From the NCBI GenBank assembly GCA_963765495.1, contig CAVXWP010000004.1, forward strand, positions 1-64,000: 64,000 nucleotides of DNA. Reading direction: 5' to 3'. The notes under the pieces are model-generated. The model worked only from the letters and a program-made list of their open reading frames with translations. It was not told the origin of the DNA and searched no databases. The position numbers and the translations under genes were made by a program. The DNA is from Blastocatellia bacterium. GTDB lineage: Bacteria > Acidobacteriota > Blastocatellia > UBA7656. How positions within the stretch are numbered: the first letter of the stretch is position 1; each line of letters opens with the position of its first letter. Positions 54,127 through 64,000 of the stretch are shown here, one piece after another.

Positions 54127-54242
54127 CGGAAATCCTTTCGACACATCTTTTCAGCGTGCGCCGCAGAGCCGGGCAAGCACTGCGGCGCACATTCTAAACA
54201 TCACATTCTAAACATTACGCTAAACATTGCGGCCTGATCTTA

Positions 54243-55466
54243 TCAGTGCCGTATGTTTCGGGACCGCGACGGCGTAGGCTGCGATATGCGCTCAAGCGCG
54301 TTTGCCAGTTCCCTGTCACGCTCGGCCTCAAGCGCGATGTCGGCCATGGCGATGATCCCCTTCAGCCTGCCGTTGTGGTCGATGATGGGTATGCGGCGAA
54401 TCTGGTTCTGCCCCATCTTGCGGATGGCGTCTATAACAGATTCATCCGGCGTACAGGTGACTACGTCTTCGCTCATAGCGCCCGCAGCGGTCGCCTGCCG
54501 GGTGTCCCCGCCTTCGGCCAGCACGCGACACACTATGTCACGGTCTGTCACTATGCCGACCAGCCGCCCGTTGTCTACTACGGGAAGCGAGCCAACGTTT
54601 TCGTCTTCAAGCCTGTTAGCCACTTCTCTCAGATTGGTGTTTGATGAACAGGTGGTAACATCGGTCGTCATAACGTCCTGGCATCTGAGGTAGTTCCTGC
54701 TGTACCAGGGGCTTGTGAATTGTCCTTCCGCCGGGTAGTTGTAGGGCGTGTTGTACTGACCTGAGTTGTACTGACCTGAGTAGTACTGGTCTGTATTGTA
54801 CTGGCTTGTCTCTCGGCCCCGGTACGAGCGGTCATAATCGCGCCCGTAGTCGCGGCCCGATCTTCCACGATCCCACTCGCGGCGATCTTCAAACTCACCA
54901 TCGTAATCCGTTTCGTAGAGACGGCCTCCCGACCGAACCGGATTCTCATAGTCGCGAGTGAAAGACCCGCCGTAGCGGGCGAGATTTGGCTGACCTTCCC
55001 TCTCGTACTCGCCATAGCGAGGGTTGAAGGATTTTGTGTAATAGTTATCGCGGGGGCCTTGATCTCTGTCAAAGTCCCGGTTGCGGCGATTGTAATAATC
55101 GCTTTCAGCGCGCCCGTATGTTTCCCTTCGAGGGCGTCCGAATTTTTCACGCGAATATAGATCGCTGCTTCCCTCTCTGTAGTCTTCGCTGGTTTGGTAA
55201 GGCTGCTCGCGATAATAGCGATTGCGGTTCTCTGTTTGAGTTTGATAGTTTTGACCGCGGCCGTATCTGTTGCGGAAATCTTCATTCGCAGCCCTGAGCG
55301 AGGTTGATCTTCTTGGGAAATCGCGCCTGCTTTCGCGCCCGGTGATATATCCGCCGCGACTCTGTTGCTGATTCAAGTCTGGATTTGTGGTTTGATCAGT
55401 CGGTGTCCTGTCAACCTGCCTGCTCGGCGTCTGGTTTGTCTCTCTGCCTTCTTTAGTTCTGCTCAT
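54243..55466 (-). CDS. CBS-domain protein with long R/Y/G/D-rich disordered N-terminus
   Basis: C-terminal CBS pair (GIVTDRDIV, IRRIP). Confidence 0.88.
   Translation of the reverse strand: MSRTKEGRETNQTPSRQVDRTPTDQTTNPDLNQQQSRGGYITGRESRRDFPRRSTSLRAANEDFRNRYGRGQNYQTQTENRNRYYREQPYQTSEDYREGSSDLYSREKFGRPRRETYGRAESDYYNRRNRDFDRDQGPRDNYYTKSFNPRYGEYEREGQPNLARYGGSFTRDYENPVRSGGRLYETDYDGEFEDRREWDRGRSGRDYGRDYDRSYRGRETSQYNTDQYYSGQYNSGQYNTPYNYPAEGQFTSPWYSRNYLRCQDVMTTDVTTCSSNTNLREVANRLEDENVGSLPVVDNGRLVGIVTDRDIVCRVLAEGGDTRQATAAGAMSEDVVTCTPDESVIDAIRKMGQNQIRRIPIIDHNGRLKGIIAMADIALEAERDRELANALERISQPTPSRSRNIRH
54750..54809. repeat. four 15-bp in-frame tandem units
   Basis: GTTGTACTGACCTGA x2 plus two degenerate copies; encodes TSQYN-TDQYY-SGQYN-SGQYN. 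Confidence 0.8.
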
Positions 55467-55531
55467 TAATTTCTACCCCCTTAAAAGTTCGGTTTGTTCT
55501 CATTTCCCTCTTGTTGTTTGCGGCAACCGGC

Positions 55532-56281
55532 CTACCAGCCAATGGCGTTGGTAAGGCGGCTGAACCAGGACGGTGACTTGCTGATCTGTTCAAGCGCTGC
55601 TTCCAGTTCCATGTCATCTTCGGTTTCGCGGGCCACATCTGCCATAGAGATTATCCCTACCAGACGGCCACGCCCGTCAACGACAGGAATACGCCGCACC
55701 TGATGGTCGCCCATCTCCTGGATCATATCTACGACACGCTCGTTGTGATTGGCGGTGTAAAGGTCATCGGACATACAGTCTTCCGCCTTGAGATTCACAT
55801 CGTCTTTGTCTGTGCTGAGCCCACGGATTACGATGTCGCGGTCTGTGACTATGCCTTCCAGCTTGTTGTCATCGCCAAGGACCGGGATCGAGCCGATGTC
55901 TTCGTCTCTCATGAGCCGGGCGACCTCTGTTATCGGAGTGTCGCGCCGACAGGTGATCACTTCCCGCGTCATTATTTCGCGGCAACGCAGATGGGACCGG
56001 CCAGGCCCCTGACCATAAAGGGTGTCTCGACGTGGCTCAAAGGCGGGCGTGGAAAAATCCCTGCCATAATCTCTGTCTACGGCCGTTCCGTACCCGCTAG
56101 GGCCTCTGTCGTATCCAGAGCCGTAGTTTGGTTCCTGATTGAGGTTGTAGCCTCTTGAATATCCTCGGTAATCTTCTCCATAGCCCCGACGAGGTTGTCG
56201 GTTGAAAGACTCTCTGTTGCTTCGTCCTTCATAATCGACATTATCTTCGTAGGTGCTGTAATTTCTGTTCCTATTCGCCAT
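55532..56281 (-). CDS. CBS-domain protein with low-complexity N-terminus (paralog)
   Basis: GIVTDRDIV, VRRIPVVD; GAAGGAG RBS. Confidence 0.88.
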   Translation of the reverse strand: MANRNRNYSTYEDNVDYEGRSNRESFNRQPRRGYGEDYRGYSRGYNLNQEPNYGSGYDRGPSGYGTAVDRDYGRDFSTPAFEPRRDTLYGQGPGRSHLRCREIMTREVITCRRDTPITEVARLMRDEDIGSIPVLGDDNKLEGIVTDRDIVIRGLSTDKDDVNLKAEDCMSDDLYTANHNERVVDMIQEMGDHQVRRIPVVDGRGRLVGIISMADVARETEDDMELEAALEQISKSPSWFSRLTNAIGW

Positions 56282-56697
56282 AAATGGTTCTCCTTCGGTT
56301 GGTTTTCGTTCCATGTTCAAGTTGCAATAAGTATGCCGGGTTTGGAAAATCGAGAATACAACCTATCAAACCGCTCTAGCGCGTATTTACTTGAGTTTTC
56401 AACCCTTCACGCTTTGATTAGAGCATCACGAGTCCGTTTAAACCGTGATGCTTTAATACACCAGTGTTTTGAAAAAGAACTGGTAAAGAGTCGCTATCTG
56501 CTTCTGAGGCGGGAAGGTCTGAGCTTGAGACACATCTGTTGAGAGAGAAAAAACAGTTGCCACAGAGGCACAGAGACACAGAGGTCTTTATTTATTTTTC
56601 TGTGCCTGCGGTGCCTGTGGTGCTACGGCTGAACCCGCAGGCAAAATCCCCTCGCTTTGAGTTTGATCTTTCCGATGCTAATCTTAGAATCTTGAAT

Positions 56698-57651
56698 ATG
56701 GATGCGAAACCTGACATGACGCGGAAAGATGATTTCTTACGTCGCGCTCACGCGCCCTTGCAGGCCTGGGAGCTTGTCGGCAAAACTCCGCTGCTACGGC
56801 TCGGAAATATCGCGGCGCAGGCAGGCGGAGTAGAAATATGCGCCAAGGCAGAATGGTTCAACCCGGGCGGCTCGGTAAAAGACCGGCCTGCGCTCAGCAT
56901 GATAGTCGATGGCGAGCGGGCAGGGCTTTTGACAAAAGAGAAGATTATTCTCGACGCAACATCGGGCAACACCGGCATCGCTTACGCCTGGATAGGCGCG
57001 GCGCGCGGATACCGTGTGAGGCTTGCGCTGCCGCAGAATGCAAGCGAAGAACGAAAACGGATACTCAAGAGCTACGGCGCAGAACTTATCCTGACCAGCC
57101 CGCTTGAAGGCTCGGACGGGGCAATCCGCGAGGCCCGGCGACTTTATGCCGAAAACCCGGATTTGTACTTTTACCCCGACCAGTACAACAACCCGGCCAA
57201 CTGGCAGGCGCATTACGAGACTACCGCGCCTGAAATCTGGGAACAGACCTCTGGGCGCATAACACACTTTGTAGCCGGTCTGGGAACGAGTGGCACCTTC
57301 ATGGGCACAGGCCGTCGTTTGAAGGAATTCAACCCGGAAATCAAAATAATAGCATTCCAGCCCGATTCGCCTTTTCACGGGCTTGAAGGTCTGAAGCATA
57401 TGGAAACCGCTATCGTGCCGGGTATTTATGATTCGTCGCTTGCGGATGAGAATTACGAGATCAGCACGGAGGAGGCGCACGAATACACCCGGTTGCTCGG
57501 CAAGCAGGAAGGTCTGCTTGTAGGCGTATCGTCGGGGGCGGCTCTGGTCTGCGCGCTCAAGGTTGCGAGCAAACTTAATTCCGGCCTCATAGTGACCATC
57601 TTCCCCGACGGGGGCGATAAGTATCTGAGCGAGCGATTCTGGGAGCGTTAG
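56698..57651 (+). CDS. cysM: PLP-dependent cysteine synthase (CysM-like)
   Basis: GKTPL, NPGGSVKDR, ATSGNTG, GLGTSGT, KYLS. Confidence 0.9.
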   Translation: MDAKPDMTRKDDFLRRAHAPLQAWELVGKTPLLRLGNIAAQAGGVEICAKAEWFNPGGSVKDRPALSMIVDGERAGLLTKEKIILDATSGNTGIAYAWIGAARGYRVRLALPQNASEERKRILKSYGAELILTSPLEGSDGAIREARRLYAENPDLYFYPDQYNNPANWQAHYETTAPEIWEQTSGRITHFVAGLGTSGTFMGTGRRLKEFNPEIKIIAFQPDSPFHGLEGLKHMETAIVPGIYDSSLADENYEISTEEAHEYTRLLGKQEGLLVGVSSGAALVCALKVASKLNSGLIVTIFPDGGDKYLSERFWER

Positions 57652-57665
57652 AAGGAGGTTTCATA

Positions 57666-58091
57666 TTGGCCATCAAAGTCAAAAGCGAGCATCTGAATGA
57701 GATCAAGGCATTCGGCGAGAAGTCTTATCCGCACGAGTGCTGCGGCTTTTTATTGGGAACGAACGAGGGAGGGGCAAACATTTTGAGCGAGGTTTATCCC
57801 GCATCAAATGAGCGTCTCGATTCGCTTCATAACCGTTATTTGATTACACCTGAGCAATACAGAAAGGCCGATGCCTATGCGCGGTCAAAAGGGCTTGGAA
57901 TCATTGGCTACTACCATTCGCACCCGGACCATCCGGCGGCCCCGTCAGGTTATGATCTCGATCATTCCTGCTGGCCCGGCGAATCTTACATCATCGTCGC
58001 GGTCGAACAGGCAAAGGCCGCCGCGCTGAATTCATTTACCAAACCTGATTACTCTCAGTTTGTTCAGGAAGAGATCACGATAGAAGATTAG
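57666..58091 (+). CDS. JAMM/Mec (M67) metalloprotease
   Basis: YPHECCG, YHSHPDHPAAPSGYD; TTG start after GGAGG. Confidence 0.92.
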   Translation: MAIKVKSEHLNEIKAFGEKSYPHECCGFLLGTNEGGANILSEVYPASNERLDSLHNRYLITPEQYRKADAYARSKGLGIIGYYHSHPDHPAAPSGYDLDHSCWPGESYIIVAVEQAKAAALNSFTKPDYSQFVQEEITIED

Positions 58092-58177
58092 CGGCGGGTT
58101 TTGCTTTTTTCACGCAGCAACCCTAGAATTTAAATTAAGTGGCGAGCACAACTTGTCAAACTTAGAAGGAGATATAT

Positions 58178-59623
58178 ATGTCGGTCAAGATTCTGGTCCC
58201 CACCGCGCTCAGGACATACACGGGGGGCAATGACACGGTCACGGTCGAAGGGAGCACGGTTGAGCAGGCACTAGGCGCGCTCGTCCAACAACATCCCGAT
58301 TTGAAGAAGCACCTCTATAATGATGAGGGGCAGCTTCGTCACTTCGTCAATATTTACGTCAATGACGAGGACATTCGGTATCAGGAGAAAGGAGCTACGC
58401 CGCTAAAAGAGAACGACGAAGTGAGCATAGTGCCTTCGATTGCCGGAGGCTCGATAGCCGTTGACGCCGCCGCCGAGGAGGTCGAACTCGACCGCGACGA
58501 GGTGTTGCGATACAGCCGCCATCTGATAATGCCCGAAGTCGCTATGGAAGGGCAGAAAAAGCTCAAGGCGGCCCGGGTGCTCTGCATAGGCGCAGGGGGG
58601 CTGGGCTCTCCGCTCGCACTCTATCTTGCGGCGGCTGGCGTGGGACATCTGGGTATCGTTGATTTCGACGTAGTGGATTTCACAAACCTCCAGAGACAGA
58701 TCATTCATTCGACCGATGATGTCGGACGCCCAAAACTCGAATCGGCTAAAGATCGGCTGGGCGCGCTCAACCCCCATATCGAAATCGAAACATACGAGAC
58801 GGCTCTCTCTTCGGAAAATGCGCTGGAACTCTTCGCGCCCTACGACATCATTGTGGACGGCACAGACAATTTTCCCACCCGCTATCTGGTGAATGATGCC
58901 TGCGTGCTGCTTGGCAAGCCAAATGTTTACGGCTCGATATTCCGTTTTGAAGGACAGGCGACGGTTTTTTACGCGAAGCAAGGCCCGTGCTATCGGTGTC
59001 TTTACCCGGAACCGCCGCCGCCGGGGCTCGTGCCCAGTTGCGCCGAGGGCGGGGTGCTCGGAGTCCTGCCCGGTGTGATCGGGGTGATTCAGGCTATCGA
59101 GACGGTCAAATTGATTCTCGGAAAAGGCGAATCGCTTACGGGCCGGTTGCTGCTATTTGATGCGCTCAAGATGAAGTTCCGCGAATTGAAGCTCCGTAAA
59201 AACCCGGAATGCCCGATATGCGGCGAGAACCCCACTATTCACAAGTTGATTGATTATCAGGAATTTTGCGGCGTCACGCCTCAAGAGGAGGTTAGTCTCG
59301 GATCGGAATTTGAGATCACTCCGATTGAGTTAAAAGAGAAGATTGATCGTGGAGACGATTTCGTGCTTGTAGACGTTCGCGAGCCCGAAGAGTTTGCCAT
59401 CTGTCGAATACCCGGATCGAAGCTCATCCCGCTCAGAACCGTGCCCGAACGATTGCACGAACTTTCGAGCGCCGACAACATCATAGTTCATTGCCGCAGC
59501 GGGGTGCGAAGCGGGCAGGCCGTAGAATTTATGAAACAGGCGGGCTATCGAAAGGTCAAAAACCTGGTCGGTGGCATCCTCCGATGGTCCGATGACGTGG
59601 ACCCGAGCGTGCCGAAGTATTGA
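58178..59623 (+). CDS. moeB: MoaD/CysO-like ubiquitin-fold + MoeB (E1) + rhodanese fusion
   Basis: N-terminal beta-grasp ending IAGG, RYSRH, GAGGLG, CxxC motifs, HCRSGVRS. Confidence 0.9.
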   Translation: MSVKILVPTALRTYTGGNDTVTVEGSTVEQALGALVQQHPDLKKHLYNDEGQLRHFVNIYVNDEDIRYQEKGATPLKENDEVSIVPSIAGGSIAVDAAAEEVELDRDEVLRYSRHLIMPEVAMEGQKKLKAARVLCIGAGGLGSPLALYLAAAGVGHLGIVDFDVVDFTNLQRQIIHSTDDVGRPKLESAKDRLGALNPHIEIETYETALSSENALELFAPYDIIVDGTDNFPTRYLVNDACVLLGKPNVYGSIFRFEGQATVFYAKQGPCYRCLYPEPPPPGLVPSCAEGGVLGVLPGVIGVIQAIETVKLILGKGESLTGRLLLFDALKMKFRELKLRKNPECPICGENPTIHKLIDYQEFCGVTPQEEVSLGSEFEITPIELKEKIDRGDDFVLVDVREPEEFAICRIPGSKLIPLRTVPERLHELSSADNIIVHCRSGVRSGQAVEFMKQAGYRKVKNLVGGILRWSDDVDPSVPKY

Positions 59624-59748
59624 TAGAACTCGTCAGGAATCGCTTCCGTGATACGTGATGCGTGATAGTCGAGATTTGGGATTCCCGGCTAGGAGAAACT
59701 TGTCCTAAAGGATCACGCATCACGTATCACGTATCGCGTATTACGCAA

Positions 59749-61245
59749 ATGCACTCATCTTCTGAAATCGAACAGGGTCCAGGCCTCCCGCAGCCGGTGA
59801 TCGAAAGACTAAGGGCCGCACTTGGCAAGAAGTTTGTCCTGACCGAGCCGGATGAATTATTTGTCTATGAATCGGACGCGCTGACCGTGCACAAGCTGCC
59901 CCCCTCGGCGGTGATCATTCCCGGCACTGCCGAAGAAGTGGCGGCGGCAGTAAAGATACTGGCCGCCGAGGGGATTCCATTCGCGCCTCGCGGAGCGGGA
60001 ACGGGTCTTTCCGGCGGCGCGCTCTCGATGAATGGAGCAGTCATAATAGAGATGGCCCGCCTTAATCGCATACTCAAAATAGATTATGAGAACCGCCTCG
60101 CCGTGGTCGAACCCGGCGTGATAAACATCCACCTTTCAAAGGCGACTTCGCCGGATGGATTTCATTACGCGCCCGATCCTTCCAGCCAGATGGCATGTAC
60201 AATCGGCGGGAACGTTGCTGAAAATTCGGGCGGCCCACATTGCCTCAAATACGGCATGACGGTCAATCACGTGCTGGCGGTCGAGGTCGTCCTCCCGGAT
60301 GGTAATATGATCACGCTCGGAGGGGGCGGGGTAGATGTCCCGGGTTATGATTTGCTCGGTCTTTATGTAGGTTCGGAAGGCACTTTCGGTATTACCACTA
60401 AAGCCACTCTTAAGCTCACGCGTCTGCCTCAAAGTGTCAAGACACTGCTGGCTGAGTTTATGACAGTGACCGATGCCAGTCGCAGCGTGAGCGAGATAAT
60501 CGCGGCGGGGATACTGCCGGCGGCGCTTGAGATGATTGACGGCGCTACGATCAGAGCCATCGAGGATTCGATCTTTGCGGGGGGATTTCCTACCGATGTA
60601 GCGGCGCTATTGATTATAGAGGTTGACGGGCTGGCTGTAGGGCTTGAAGATACTGCCGGGAGCGCGGCAAACATCTGTCTGACAAACAACGCCCGCGCGG
60701 TGCGAGTCGCACAGGACGAAGCCGAGCGTACAAGGCTCTGGGCAGCGCGCAAACGGGCCTTTGGCGCGATGGGACGGATAAAAGCCGATCTGATGGTTCA
60801 GGATGCCGTGATTCCCCGCTCGCGATTGCCCGAAGTGCTCGATGAAATATACAGGATTGCTGCGCGCTACGATTTGACGGTTGCAAATGTCTTTCACGCC
60901 GGAGACGGCAATCTGCACCCGAATATCAGCTTTGACGGGCGCGACCCGGATCAGGTGCGCAGGGTAGAAGCCGCCTCAAAAGAGATCATGCAGCTTTGCG
61001 TCGGCGTCGGCGGCTCGATTACGGGCGAGCACGGCGTGGGAATGGACAAGATCGAATCCATGAAATTGATCTTTTCAAATGAAGACCTCGATAGAATGCT
61101 TTCGGTTCGGTATGTTTTCAATCCTCTGGGCCTTGCAAACCCCGGCAAGGTTATTCCAACCGTGAAGACCTGTCGCTATTGCGGCTTTGGTCTTGAAGAC
61201 TTCCGTCATCGCCGTCTCACACAAAACGGTTACAGCGACCACTAA
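59749..61245 (+). CDS. glcD: FAD-linked oxidase, GlcD-like
   Basis: PRGAGTGLSGG, APDPSS, GSEGTFG, HAGDGNLH, GEHGVG. Confidence 0.85.
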   Translation: MHSSSEIEQGPGLPQPVIERLRAALGKKFVLTEPDELFVYESDALTVHKLPPSAVIIPGTAEEVAAAVKILAAEGIPFAPRGAGTGLSGGALSMNGAVIIEMARLNRILKIDYENRLAVVEPGVINIHLSKATSPDGFHYAPDPSSQMACTIGGNVAENSGGPHCLKYGMTVNHVLAVEVVLPDGNMITLGGGGVDVPGYDLLGLYVGSEGTFGITTKATLKLTRLPQSVKTLLAEFMTVTDASRSVSEIIAAGILPAALEMIDGATIRAIEDSIFAGGFPTDVAALLIIEVDGLAVGLEDTAGSAANICLTNNARAVRVAQDEAERTRLWAARKRAFGAMGRIKADLMVQDAVIPRSRLPEVLDEIYRIAARYDLTVANVFHAGDGNLHPNISFDGRDPDQVRRVEAASKEIMQLCVGVGGSITGEHGVGMDKIESMKLIFSNEDLDRMLSVRYVFNPLGLANPGKVIPTVKTCRYCGFGLEDFRHRRLTQNGYSDH

Positions 61246-61305
61246 AGCCACTCAGACTACCCGCATTTGCTTGAAAATTCAAAGATTTGCGGGGAGTAAC
61301 TACCC

Positions 61306-61334
61306 TTGACCCAACCGATTTCGGGTGTTAAAAT
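61306..61334 (+). promoter_or_regulatory. tmRNA promoter
   Basis: TTGACC-17 nt-TAAAAT with extended TG. Confidence 0.7.
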
Positions 61335-61345
61335 TTCTAATGTTT

Positions 61346-61700
61346 GGGGGTGCCAGGTTTCGACGGGGGTACTCCGAGGCGTTAGATGCATACCGCGGCC
61401 CATGCACCGCGTTATCAAGTGTGGAAAACACAATCGCGAACAGCGAACTTGCATTGGCAGCTTAGTTCTGCCACGTCTCCTCCGCCATCGCCTGTGTGTA
61501 GGATGTGAGGCGTAACTTTAGCAGGCTGCCCCTTTCGGGCCGTGCTCAGGGCGCGACGGGGAAAGATAATCTGAACTAGCCCGATGCGATGCTTAGTTGC
61601 TTCCACTGTCGCAAAGGGCGAATCAAAACAGGAAGCGACTATGTATGTAGAGTTTAACGTTTAGGGCTTCCGGACGAGAGTTCGATTCTCTCCACCTCCA
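61346..61700 (+). ncRNA. ssrA: tmRNA; tag ANSELALAA* at 61436-61465
   Basis: 5' GGGGGTG..TTCGAC, 3' GAGAGTTCGATTCTCTCCACCTCCA, tag ORF ending ALAA. Confidence 0.96.
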
Positions 61701-61801
61701 TTGATTATTGTGACGACTTGATTGCTAAATTTTGGGCGGTAGATTTGCTCCGTTGAGGAGCGCGCCTACCGCCTTATAGTCTTTTAGGAGAGAACTTTAA
61801 A

Positions 61802-62203
61802 ATGATTGACCCTGGCAACGCCGAGGCGGCGGCTATAAGATTGGCGGAAATCTCGCGCGAAATCGACGACATGGAAAAGGGGCGAGCCGCGTTGCTTGAG
61901 CGGTTGAACAGAACGCGTAACACGATCCTTTCGGCCGGGCAGCGAACCGCTGCCATGCGCGCTTCGGTTGATCTGATGTGCGACCACATGACCAATGTAG
62001 CCATGGCCTTTGCCGAATTGCGCGCCCTCGAAGAAGAGATGCGCGAAGTGGGGCGGGGACTTGCAGACAACGACCGCGAAACCACGGGGTTGTTGTTTGA
62101 GGCCGACAGCTTCTCAGATACGCTCGAAGAAACCGAAGACGATCTTGACCGCCTTTCTGCCATCATCATCGAAGGCAAAGTGAGAAACCAGCGCGGGCAT
62201 TGA
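61802..62203 (+). CDS. coiled-coil hypothetical protein
   Basis: AGGAG RBS; acidic, helical composition. Confidence 0.65.
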   Translation: MIDPGNAEAAAIRLAEISREIDDMEKGRAALLERLNRTRNTILSAGQRTAAMRASVDLMCDHMTNVAMAFAELRALEEEMREVGRGLADNDRETTGLLFEADSFSDTLEETEDDLDRLSAIIIEGKVRNQRGH

Positions 62204-62305
62204 TTTGATCGCGGATTCGAGATCGTGGATTGTGAACCGCAAATCAATTGAACATCTTCCTGACTTTCCGCAATCCCTGCTCCGCGACCCACATACACAA
62301 ATTTG

Positions 62306-63130
62306 ATGACTGAAGACTCAAATAACGGGGAAGCGCCAATAGGAATATTCGATTCCGGCGTAGGCGGGCTCACGGTCTTTCGCGCCCTGGAGCGGCGCTT
62401 TCCAAACGAGAGCCTTATCTATCTCGGCGACACGGCCCGCATACCCTACGGCACAAAGTCGCTTGCGACCGTCGAGCGATACGCGCTCGAAGATGCGGCC
62501 TTTATCGAATCGAAGCGCGTCAAAATGATCGTCATCGCCTGCAATACGGCGTCGGCTCTCGCCACCGAAAGCCTCGCTCGGCAGTCAAGAGTCCCGGTCC
62601 TGAATGTCATCGAACCCGGAGCGCGCCGCGCCGTAGAGCAAAGCCGCAACGGATACATAGGCGTGATAGCCACCGAGGCTACCATCACAAGCGGGGCTTA
62701 TGAGAAGGCGATGCTGGCAAAACGGAGCGGGATTGAGATAATATCTCGGGCTTGCCCGTTGTTTGTGCCGCTTGCAGAAGAGGGCTGGCTGACGCATCCG
62801 GTAACAAGACAGGTCGCCGAAGAGTATCTGGCAGAACTTCGCCGCAGCAACGTAGATACGCTCGTGCTCGGATGCACACACTATCCGATACTGAGGCCGG
62901 TAATCGAACAGGTTTTGGGGGATGAGATCAGCTATATAGATTCAGGAGAAGCCGTGGCCGAAGAGGTGGGGCGTCTGCTTGAAGAGAATGATCTGGCGCG
63001 CAAGAGTGATGAACCGCGCACCGAACAATTTTTCGTTACAGACTCTGCCATCCGGTTTCGTCGGGTTGCAGAGCTATTCCTCGGCCGCTCGCTGGAGTCG
63101 GTCGAATCTATAGAATTGGGGACTGCATGA
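62306..63130 (+). CDS. murI: glutamate racemase
   Basis: [29 protein letters not shown]. Confidence 0.96.
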   Translation: MTEDSNNGEAPIGIFDSGVGGLTVFRALERRFPNESLIYLGDTARIPYGTKSLATVERYALEDAAFIESKRVKMIVIACNTASALATESLARQSRVPVLNVIEPGARRAVEQSRNGYIGVIATEATITSGAYEKAMLAKRSGIEIISRACPLFVPLAEEGWLTHPVTRQVAEEYLAELRRSNVDTLVLGCTHYPILRPVIEQVLGDEISYIDSGEAVAEEVGRLLEENDLARKSDEPRTEQFFVTDSAIRFRRVAELFLGRSLESVESIELGTA

Positions 63131-63861
63131 GCTTTAAGAGAGCAGGCGGCCGCGCCTATGATGAGTTGAGACCCGTTAAGCTTACGCCAAATTTCACACG
63201 CTACGCCGAAGGCTCCGTATTGATTGAAGTCGGAGAGACCCGCGTGATTTGCACAGCGTCAATCGATGAGCGAGTGCCGATATTCCTGCGCGGGCAGGGC
63301 AAAGGATGGGTGACTGCCGAATACTCCATGCTGCCTCGCGCAACCGAAACTCGCACACAACGCGAAACGGGGCGCAATCTTTCGGGCCGCACTCAAGAGA
63401 TACAGCGATTGATCGGCCGGTCGCTCAGGGCCGTGGTTCAGGCAAACCGGCTTGGCGAGCGAACGATATATCTCGACTGCGATGTCATACAGGCCGACGG
63501 CGGAACGCGCACCGCTTCGATCACGGGCGCTTTCGTAGCCCTGGTGCTGGCTCTTCGCAAACTTTACAATGATGGAAAGATCGCCGCTCCGCTTCCGGTG
63601 CTTGATTACGTGGCCGCCGTGTCTGTAGGCGTAATCAACAGTCAGGTTTTGCTCGACCTTGCCTATGTGGAAGACTCTCGCGCCGAAGTCGATATGAATA
63701 TAGTTCGCACAGGCTCGGGGCAGTTTATAGAGATACAGGGAACAGCCGAATCGAAACCGTTTACAAGAGAGCAGATGGACCAGATGACCGAACTGGCGAG
63801 CCTTGGGATTACTCAGCTTGTCGAGCAACAACGCTCCATACTCGGTGACTTGCGTTCCTGA
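63127..63861 (+). CDS. rph: ribonuclease PH
   Basis: [35 protein letters not shown]. Confidence 0.97.
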   Translation: MSFKRAGGRAYDELRPVKLTPNFTRYAEGSVLIEVGETRVICTASIDERVPIFLRGQGKGWVTAEYSMLPRATETRTQRETGRNLSGRTQEIQRLIGRSLRAVVQANRLGERTIYLDCDVIQADGGTRTASITGAFVALVLALRKLYNDGKIAAPLPVLDYVAAVSVGVINSQVLLDLAYVEDSRAEVDMNIVRTGSGQFIEIQGTAESKPFTREQMDQMTELASLGITQLVEQQRSILGDLRS

Positions 63862-64000
63862 GAATAAAAGGGGCTCTGAGATGAAAATTCCTTTTTTTTA
63901 AGTAATATTAAGAAGTTATTAGTCGATAAGGCATCGACTGGTTATAATGAAGGGTCGTGGAAGAAGATAAGGAAAACAAGAACCGTCCCGTCTGGTATCG

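Noticed and set aside
54188-54228. CACATTCTAAACAT tandem duplication
   Set aside because: Only two to three short units; most likely slippage with no evident function
61700-62300. Mobile element integrated at the tmRNA 3' end
   Set aside because: No integrase and no duplicated tmRNA 3' end; murI-rph follow after one small gene

Overview
Bacterial chromosomal window. The gene set (TPR/FG-GAP/ASPIC protein, carboxypeptidase-domain TonB receptor, wHTH-TolB-TPR regulator, cysM-mec-MoaD/MoeZ) suggests Acidobacteriota, possibly Blastocatellia; this is inference only. Housekeeping blocks lie at both ends: 1-17.5 kb (tRNA-Cys, tRNA-Gly, lipA, pyrF, pfk, galK, thiC with a TPP riboswitch, moaA) and 56.5-64 kb (cysM, mec, MoaD-MoeB-rhodanese, glcD, tmRNA, murI, rph). 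Between them is a ~35 kb accessory region of short, mostly co-oriented genes, pseudogenes, MITE-like elements and about a dozen complete or partial integron attC-like sites, with no integrase in the window. The strongest candidate for an undescribed system is a DIP1984-like coiled-coil gene (45019-45477) followed directly by a ~225-nt putative structured RNA. That RNA has a long closing stem overlapping the stop codon, a GAAA tetraloop, a tRNA-like T-arm and a loop of 7-nt periodic motifs. All protein family calls come from motif recognition by eye, and all RNA folds were done by hand.
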